In this document: piece by piece, positions 55,441-64,000 of the stretch
Layout: each line of letters starts with the position of its first letter
Position numbering within the stretch: position 1 is the stretch's first letter
Assembly: GCA_030704615.1 (NCBI GenBank)
Contig: CM060733.1
Location: 44,206,001 to 44,270,000, forward strand
Reading direction: 5' to 3'
Source of the DNA: Takakia lepidozioides
Taxonomy: Eukaryota; Plantae; Bryophyta
DNA: 64,000 nt
Made by a program: the position numbers and the translations under genes
The notes under the pieces: model-generated
The model's database searches: none
Told to the model about the DNA's origin: nothing
What the model saw: the letters and a program-made list of their open reading frames with translations, nothing else

Positions 55441-56850
55441 CTGCTCTAGCTGCTGAAGCCGGTTGGCCATGCCTTGGTCATCACCTTGACCTCCGCGTCC
55501 TTGGCCATGTTGAGCTTGCCCTTGGCCTACACCTCGTGCCTGACCACCTCGTCCTCTCTGGGCTGCTCCACCTCGCCCCCGGCCACCATTGTTCCCTTGG
55601 AACTGGCCTGGGCGCAACTCAGGATGCAAACCATAGCACTGGGCCTCACCATGCCCGTACTTGCCACAATGCCCACACTGCAACTGTGCAGGCTGTGCTG
55701 GTGTCAAACCATTGCCTCCATCTGGGCAATCCTTCTTGACATGGGGTCCTCCACATGTCTAGCACACCACATCCACCCATTGTTGGCTTACAAATGAAGG
55801 GAGAGACCCCTGCATCTGAGGTCCTCATTGTTCTTCCTTGGGCTTCACCTGAGCCCCCTTATTGCCTTGAGTACATTGAGGTAGTGGCTGGCTAGGAGTA
55901 CCACTACCCCGTGGTGCTTCCTTAGCAAATCCCACCATGACCACTCGTTCCTCCACCATGTTGAGCTCTATCCGCTCTGCCAGCAAAAACACATTTGCTA
56001 AGGTGGGTTGGGCCGCTTATAGGAGAGTTGCATCCCGCACCCTTCTCCTCAGCTCCTTGTCCAATATCCCGTACCAGAACTGGACTACCTGAGCCTCCGT
56101 AACCCCTTGGGTTACATTTATCAAGCGCTTCATGCGAGTGAAAGCCCCTCTCAAGCTCTTAGTAGGCTTCATCTGGAACTCTTGCAAGCTCCTCAACTTC
56201 TCTGTCCTCACCCCTTGGTAGTTCCTTCTCAACTCTTCGAAGAACTCCACAACGGGGTTGAAGGCAGACACCGCCACTGGTGCTGGTGCAGCAGTAGCTT
56301 GGGTGGACGACGTAGCCTCTGTACCACTAGTCCCACTATTGCCGGTGCAGCTGCTGCCCTTGTGCCTCTAGTGATGGAGACATAGTCGGGTGACTAGTAC
56401 ATCCTCCACTCCTCGATCTCAACATCGTGCCCCCGCCTAAACTCATGGTAATCATCCATGGGCGGCCCCTCAAGGTGCTAAAACAGCCCCTTCCATGCCA
56501 TGAAAGGCGTAAACAGTTGTGGATTGCGCATTTGCTGCAAGTCACACCAACTATCAAACTCTTGGATAAAATCATCCAGCTCAATGGTGCCGACCGCCCC
56601 AAAGTACCTTCGTGGCCCATTGGTGGCTCCATACATCTCCTCCATCGTGTCCCACAACAATGGCAAGGAAACAACTTGCACCGCCGGTGGGAGTCCTCCT
56701 GATTCACAATCCGAATCAGAACCTTCCGTAGAAGACACATGAAGTGAAAGTAGCCTAAACCGTACACCTCGTCTCGTATACCCGCTAGTATCGCTAGTGC
56801 TCGTACCAGCACTTTCCCCAGCAACTAGTGGCACCTCCGTGTTGACAAAC
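55441..56850 (-). mobile_element. Ty3/Gypsy-type gag with CCHC knuckle and RGG-rich tail, degenerate
   Basis: LDDFIQEFDSWCD, FFEELRRNYQG..ESL-like KSLRGAFTRMKRL..QFWYGILDKELRRRV, CGHCGKYGHGEAQC, GGRGRGG. Confidence 0.85.
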
Positions 56851-58556
56851 TGGCACTCAACCGGTCATGAACCTGTCTCTAACCCCCTTTCCACAAGGTA
56901 ACCGGGTAGAGAACCTGATGCGGCTTATGGTTTGGAATACTAGGTTCCTAACATAGCCTGCACCTGCACCTACATCCACCGCAGGTACTCCTATGGTTGG
57001 CTGGTCATCACCTCCAACCTCACCACAGGAGAAACAAAGATGGTCTAACTGGTCATCACCCCAGCCTCGCCATCGACAACATGCTCTAGGGTGGGATCGG
57101 CGATCAAGCCCGAGTCCACCACCTATAAAATCAAGCGCCCACACAAAACTAGCATGGCGCACAATCAAGCATGCAGGTGTAGAGGGGATCCAAACACAAG
57201 AATGAAAACAACAACTCCCCCACACCAAACAACAACTCCACAGTGTCGTTCCTGCAACCCAGCCCAAACCCGGACTGACTCTTGCCTCCACCTACAGAAA
57301 GGTATCGGCCTACAGAGAAGGTGAAAAACTACGAGGAAGAGAAGCTAAAGCAATGCCTATCCCAAGCACGCTCTCATCCCAACACCCTCTTTTTTTCCTC
57401 TCTTCTCTCACTTGCATGACCATGAGAGCATCCTATAGACACTCCTCAAACCGCCCTCCATGAGCTCATGAAACTCCAAGGCCTCCAAGGCCTCCAAGGC
57501 CCCATGCAAGCCTCCACAGGGTCCGCCAGTGCCTCCTTACATCCACCAGCCATTCCTCCGAATGGAACCACCTCAGGAAACCACACCGTTCACTGAAGGT
57601 TCAAAAATGGAGCAAATAGAGGTACATATAGGCCCCAACAACATTCTGTCCAAAGGAATTACCTGCAGGCTGGTCTTCCCTATAGTTAAGAATTGGGCTG
57701 AAAACCCGAAAAGATTACCTGCAGGGAAGTAATCCCCTTTGTTAAAACACAACAGGGAGGCAATTCTGACTTTTCTTCCGGATTAGATAGCTCAAAACCG
57801 TTGTTCTTCAGAGCCCAGCCTCCCCATCAAGGTCCCACGAAACGAGTGAATTTTTTATTTTTTTAATTTTATTTTTTTAATTTTTTTAATTTTTTACTCT
57901 AACTGTTCGCGGCCTTCCGTGGCTCCAACCGCCACGACTCCTCACGGCCCACCCTAGGCACTCGTTGGCCACGGGCTGCCCAGTGATACCCTGTGGTACC
58001 ACTCCCACGAGCCTTCACGGCCCGCCATCCCCACGATCTGGTCACCGTGCCCACCCATTGTATCCGCACCACGACTTCCAACGGTCACGGTCAACCATCA
58101 CGACCTGGGCTCGTGGTATCTCGTGATACCGCCCCAACGGCCCATCATGACCACTATTCCCTGCGATCCCTGGAACTCCCAACGAGTTCCCGAGGCGTTC
58201 CCACGCGTTCCCGAGCTGGGTTTGCTCTTGCACCTGCTGCCGACGAACTATGGCTTCTGCGGAGCCATCAACCCCGTCGCCCTGCACTCCTGAGCTCTCA
58301 CGGCCCACTAGAAGTGCCTCCAACTCAACAAGCAAGCTATATGCTGCCCAACAAGCTCCATTTTCTTCATGAAGCTCAATCTGAAAATACACACCTTTAC
58401 AAACTTGGTGCACCTGCACTTCTCATGCATCTCCCTTGGTTCTAGGGCGCCTTGTTGCTGCCCTTCCAGCCCCGCTCTTGCCACTCCAAGAGCCCTTACA
58501 CTGCCGAGTTTCAGATTGAAACTCCAACTCAGCACATGTTTCACAAGTGCACTGAT
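56851..58556 (-). mobile_element. Probable 5' leader of the gag-DNMT element, starting at a PBS-like remnant
   Basis: Non-coding region upstream of gag; minus strand starts AATCAGTGC (cf. TGGTATCAGAGC) at the junction with the inverted integrase. Confidence 0.45.
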
Positions 58557-59351
58557 TCTCGGGATCATCAAAGGCTGATGGCTTGGCAGAGAGAGTTGTT
58601 CAGACAGTCAAGAGAGATTTGCGCAAGTACGGTTTGCAGAAGGGACACCTAGGAGATTGGGACCTTCAGTTGCATTAACTAGCTATGGGCTATAGGTTTA
58701 GCAAGCAAGCTTCACTTGCCGCCTTCTCACCTTACTTTCTTCTCTTCGGCCGAGAGCCGGATTTACCTGCATCTATTCGCAGGGAGGCTGTAGTAGTTCT
58801 CAACCTTGATGATCCGGATGTGTGGCCACAAGCATGTGCTCAACGGGCAGAGTTGTTCAAGAGAGTCATGCCTATGGCTTTTGAGAACCTTGCTACTGCC
58901 CAACACCGAGACACATTGAGGTACGCCACTATACGTGGAGGGGGATATCGGCCAAGTGTTCGGCGTTTCCACCCTGGGGACTATGTGTATTTGCAGCAGA
59001 CAGTGCCGACGACCTTGGATGTCACAGCAGGACGTGTGATTCTAAGGGTCAGGGAGGTGTTGCCTTCAGGAGTATTGATTTTGGAGGGTCGAGATGGCAT
59101 GGTATGGAAGGACCGCGTGCGCAATTGTGCGCCATGTCACCTTTCCACATGTGGATGGGAGGATAGATCCCAACCTTGCAGTGGTACCTGCAGGTTTGCG
59201 TTGCATGCTATGTGGGCATGCTGGTGGCGCCGCAACCATGTTGGTGTGTGATAAATGCTCAAGGGGGTGACACACATGATGCTTAACACCGCCACTTGAG
59301 GAGGTTCATATCGGAGAATGGTTGTGTCCACGATGCCTTGGACAGAGGTAG
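58557..59351 (+). mobile_element. Gypsy integrase C-half plus PHD finger, degenerate
   Basis: ADGLAERVVQTVKR..RKY, DWDLQL, FSPYFLLFGRE, AQHRDTLRY, FHPGDYVYL; then CMLC..MLVCDKC..G*H..CLTPPL..GEWLCPRC (C4HC3). Confidence 0.9.
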
Positions 59352-59564
59352 CTAGTAGGGCTTCAATGCCATGGATACTAACTGAAGATCATGGATTGCA
59401 TGAAGGCGACTAACGATGGGGCTACGTTTGCACCCAGCCTCTTGATCTATCGACTTCAGGTGTTGGGACTTGTGCGATTGAAGATCAAGCGATGATCTTA
59501 TTGGGGTGGATACTTGCGAGCTATCCGGTGTTAGAGGAACCTAATCACCAGCTAGGGGGGCGAT

Positions 59565-59999
59565 TGTGGCGTGGCTTTCTAGGACTATATGTTAGGAAGT
59601 ATGGTTGGACAACGATGTATGTTGTGGTACGATGCTTAGGTGTACGACAGCTGTCATGGTTTTGTTTGTGATTAGTTAGAAATAGTTATTTCTAGCTAAT
59701 TAGGACATTATACATTTATATTTGTATTTTGTTGGCATTGGGACTTCATTTGGTTCCATATGCCAAGTGAGGTGGCGAACCTCACTTAGGACGTGGAGAG
59801 GTTATCTCCACGTGAAACGTAGGCAGGCTCGTCTTCTTCTAGTCGAGCCTCCCAAGGCCTTTCTCGCCGCCATAGCTCTAGTACTTGAGATGGAGAGTGG
59901 GCGAGGTCTGTATGGTGGAGTCCTTTAGCAAAGGTGCCATTGGCTTGACTTATATAACGTGATAGAGTGGTTTCTCCTCTTTTCACCATTTCCGTATCA
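59565..59999 (+). repeat. 3' LTR of the integrase-PHD element (435 bp, TG...CA), followed by a partial second copy at 60001-60086
   Basis: PPT AGGGGGG just upstream; TGTGGCGTGGCTTTCTAGGACTATATGTTAGG repeated at 60001. Confidence 0.8.
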
Positions 60000-60213
60000 T
60001 TGTGGCGTGGCTTTCTAGGACTATATGTTAGGAAGTGTGGTTGGACAGCGATGTATGTTGTGGCATGATGCTTAGGTGCACGACAGGGGTGGTGACTGGC
60101 TTGCGTAACCACGTTTTATTCTTATTACCATGTTGGACGGTAAGGTGTGCCGTTTACGAACTTACAATTGACTTTTATTGCGTGTGAAACACGTCATTTC
60201 CCTGCGTAAAGAC

Positions 60214-61232
60214 CACTGTTGGCGGGTATTACATTTTTAAAAACCAGCCGGTTCCATAGTATTGAAATATTCACTTAATTCTAATATCCACTGGTTCTCA
60301 ATAGTAGTATGATTTTTAATTTGTGGACGGGTATCAGTAGGACGGGTATTCCCATTTGTAATACCAGCCGGTTATAAACACGGATATAAATAATTAAAAT
60401 TAAGATTAAAATAACCAGCAAATCATTAATATGCCTTTACTTTGGAATTTAAAAAAAAAAATAGTGAATAGGGGGATTGTAGCCCTGGAAATATTAAGTA
60501 AGGAAAAAATAACCTTACAAAAACCATAAGGTTGAGAACAAAGATACCACTACGAACCAAAAGTCCAAAGCTAAGGGGGAGAAGAGAAGGATCTAAAGAA
60601 ATGAAGCAGAAAGAATCAAAGCACCTAGAAGAACAAGAGAGAGAGAGAAACCTTGCAAACAGGTAAGCAATAAGCCAGCAAGGGAAGAGAAGCCAAGAAT
60701 CTAAGCCCAACAAAGGGCATAAACACCACTTATACAAACAAAACTAAAATTAGGATAAGCAGTAGTTGACTGTAGAATAGTCTACCAGGGAACAAATAGA
60801 AGCCTAAAAAGAATCTTGGAGCCATTGCTCAGGCCAACACCAGAACCCAAACCCAAAGCCAAAGCGCTCCAAAATCCAAAAGCCAAAGTGTCGGAGAAGC
60901 ATCCTGCTAGGGGGGACACCTGCTGATGAAGGAACCTGCATGGAACAACACAGTACATAACACACCACAAGGGCACAAATATTGTGTTGCAAAGTTCAGA
61001 CTTTGCGTTACATAATAATATTGCGGATTTTAATGAGCAAAGTGAAGCGAGCCTCATTGTCAAACATGCCAACATCTGCAATAACATCCTCCTCGTCATC
61101 AATCATATTGTCTTCCGATAAAAAGAAATCCTTGATCCCTCACTCAACCACCTTTCAATCCGTCCGCACGTCATCCGGCCCATTATTTGAGATTAGCACT
61201 AATTTGTCGAGGTTTTCAATGCCAAGTCGACA
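60214..61232 (-). mobile_element. hAT transposon 3' end with transposase dimerisation-domain remnant
   Basis: CRLGIENLDKLVLISNNGPDDVR (61232-61160); terminus CACTGTTGGCGGGT resembles the end at 5878; CCAGCCGGTT subterminal motifs. Confidence 0.65.
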
Positions 61233-61352
61233 TTAATCACATTAATCTGTGATAAAATCAAACCCAGGCCTTTGTCCCCTGTTTTTCCCCAACCTAAGAT
61301 TATTTTATAATTATTATTTTAATTTAAAAAAATTAAAAAAATATTTTATTTA

Positions 61353-61389
<37 letters not shown>

Positions 61390-61390
<1 letters not shown>

Positions 61391-64000
61391 GACATTGCCC
61401 CACTTGGATACATAGGAAATTACACTTGGTCTTAGATTTCAATTCTTCACATATGGGCCAAACGGCATAGGCTCTGTGGAAAAAACATGCATTTGGACTT
61501 AGATGACATTGGACCCTTGGGCCAACGGCAGAGGCTACCCTAGAGGTTGCACTTGGGCCTCGACATAGGAGACGCACTTGCATACATACGAGATTGCACT
61601 TGGACTTAGATGACACTTGACACTTGGGCCAACAGCACAAGCGACCCTGGAGGTCATACTTGGGCCTAGACATAGGAGACGCACTTGAATGTATAGGAGA
61701 TTGCACTTGGGCATACACATGACCCTGGACACTTGGGCCAACGGCACAGGCTACCCTAGTCAATATCAATTTACATGAAGCGAGACGTTTGTTTTGTTTG
61801 TTTTGTTTTGTCACGTTGAGATGTCCCAAACCGCAAGGCCCCAGCCCTGGTGCTTGGTACCGTTGGAAAGCCCTCGACGAGGAGGGGTGCATGGGCTTGG
61901 TCTCGCGATTTTTGGACCTGCGGTGTGGGAGATGTCAAATTCCAAGTGCTTTTGGTCATTGGAAATTCACAAAAAATAGCAAAAATGGCAAAGTGGGCAT
62001 TCCTGGGACAATGGTTGGAGCCTCGATGGGAGAGATATAAAGGGAAAGGTCTCCGGTTCAAATCTGGTCATAGGCTTTGTGGAAAAATAATGATTAGACT
62101 TAGATGACATTGGACACTTGGGCCAACGGCAAAGGCTACCCTAGAGGTCGCATTTGGGCCTCGATATAGGAGACGCATTGGATACATAGGAAATTGCACT
62201 TTGTATTAGATTTTCAATTCTTCACACATGGGCCAAATGTACAGGCTATCCTAGAGGTCACACTTGGGCCTCGACATAGGAGACGCATTGGGATACACAT
62301 ATGATTTTACACTTGGATTTAGACTTGACACTTGGGCCCACGACACATGCTACCCTAGAGGTCACATTTGGGCCTCGACACTTGGATATAGAGAGGATTG
62401 CACTTGGACTTAGATGACATTGGACACTTGGGCCAACGACAAATGCTACCCTAAAGGTTGCATTTGGGCCTCAACATAGGAGACGCACTTTGATACATAG
62501 GGGATTGCACTTGGACTTAGATGACACTGGACACTTGGGCCAACGGCACATGCTACCCTAGTATAAATGAAGTCAGTTTGTTTGTTTGTTTGTTTTGTAG
62601 CGTTGAGATGTCCCAAACCGCGAGGCCCTGGCGAGGGTGCTTGGTCCTATTGGAAAGCCCTCGACGAGGAGGGTGTGCACGGGCTTGGTCTCACAATTTT
62701 TGGACTTGCGGTGCGGGGGATGTGGAATTTCAAGTACTTTGGGTTGCTGGAAATTCATGAAAAATTGCAAAGTGGGCATTCATGGGACAATGGTTGGAGC
62801 CTCGACAAGAGAGATATAAAGGGAAAGGTCTCCGGTTCAAGTCTGGTCGTAGGCAATGTGGAAAAAAAATGCATTTGGACGTAGATGACATTGGACACTT
62901 GGGCCAATGGCACACGCTACCCTAGAGACGGGAGATATATCAATAACGATATTCATGAAAAATAAAATAAAAATGGGGCCTTGACATTGGAGATGTACTT
63001 GGATACATAGGAGATTGCACATTGGGCTTAGATGGGCCTCGACATAGGAGACGCACATGGGAGACGCCCTTGGATACATAGGATATCGCACTTGGGCTTA
63101 GACGACAGTGGACACTTGGGCCTCTACATGAGATGCACTTGGATACATAGAAGATTGCACTTGGGCAAAGTGGGCTTTCCTAGAGCAACCATTGGCGCGT
63201 CACGTGGGAGATTTGGAATTTCAAGTCCTTTTGATCGCTGGAAAGTCGCAAAAAATAGCAAAGTGGATATATCAATATATGAAACCTCGACAGGGGAGAT
63301 TGCCAAAATATCAAAGTGGGCAATGACATAGATATTGTTGGAACAATGACGTGGAGATCTCCCAAACTGTAGGGTCTCTGGATGCATAGGGGATTACACT
63401 TGGACTTAGATGACATTAGACACTGGAGGTCGCACTTGGGCCTCTACATGTGAGACGCACTTGGATACATAGGAGATTTGCAATCAATATATGAAGGGAG
63501 ACGTTTGTTTTGTTTTGCTTTGTTTTGTAACGTCGTTGAGATCTCCCAAACCGCGGGCCCCAGCGCGGGTGCTTGTTGCCTTTGGAAAGCCCTCGATGAG
63601 GAGGGGTGCACCGGCTTGGTCTCATGATTTTTGGACCAGCGGTGAGGGAGATGTGGAATTCCAAGTACTTTTGGTCGCTGGAAATTCACAAAAAATAACA
63701 AAAATGGCAAAGTGGGCATTCCCGGGACAATGGTTGGAGCCCCGACGGGAGAGATATAAAGGGAAAGGTCTCCAGTTCAAATCTGGTCGTAGGCTCTGTG
63801 GAAAAAAAAACTTACTTAAATGACATTGGACACTTGGGCCAACGACAAAGGCTACCCTAGAGGTTGCATTTGGCACAAGCTACCCTAGAGGAGGAAATTC
63901 AGGAAAAATAGCAAAGTGGGCTTTCCTGGGGCAGTGATTGGCCCTTCATGTGGGAGATTTGGAATTTCAAGTGTTTTTGGTCACTGGAAATTCACGAGCA
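61390..64000 (+). repeat. Higher-order tandem array, probably non-autonomous Helitron-derived
   Basis: ~100-bp units ending GGGCCAACGGCACAGGCTACCCTAG, interleaved with a ~330-bp module (TGAAG..GTTTG..GGAAAGCCCTCGACGAGGAGGGGTGCA) at ~61760, ~62562 and ~63484. Confidence 0.75.

Noticed and set aside
61350-63876. Repeated ORFs (LESPRRGG, MAKWAF etc.)
   Set aside because: Translations of the tandem array with no coding signature.

Overview
Eukaryotic, intron-rich, transposon-dense plant DNA. It is most likely from a bryophyte or another seed-free plant; this is inferred from a DNA-PKcs fragment, a CVNH lectin relic and the TE lineages present. Two genes look intact: MCM3 (+, 33696-40402, 16 coding exons) and a TIGR01589/A_thal_3526-family gene (-, 42579-46750). 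Three host-gene relics are present: a DNA-PKcs FAT-region exon, an AT3G19895-like 2OG-oxygenase/U-box pseudogene, and a cyanovirin-N homolog split by a MITE. The rest is nested TEs. A Copia element carries a Gypsy insertion, and both are broken by an inversion of about 6 kb, shown by target-site duplications that match in reverse complement. Other elements are a Dualen-like LINE with a chromodomain-like segment, a MULE with a G-box-rich GC arm beside the MCM3 promoter, hAT/CACTA/MITE/SINE relics and a Helitron-like tandem array. The most notable system is at 54.6-60.1 kb: pieces of a Ty3/Gypsy retrotransposon encoding a C5 cytosine DNA methyltransferase, next to an integrase with a C-terminal PHD finger. 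The copy here is degenerate and rearranged. All family assignments come from motif recognition by eye; no database searches were run.
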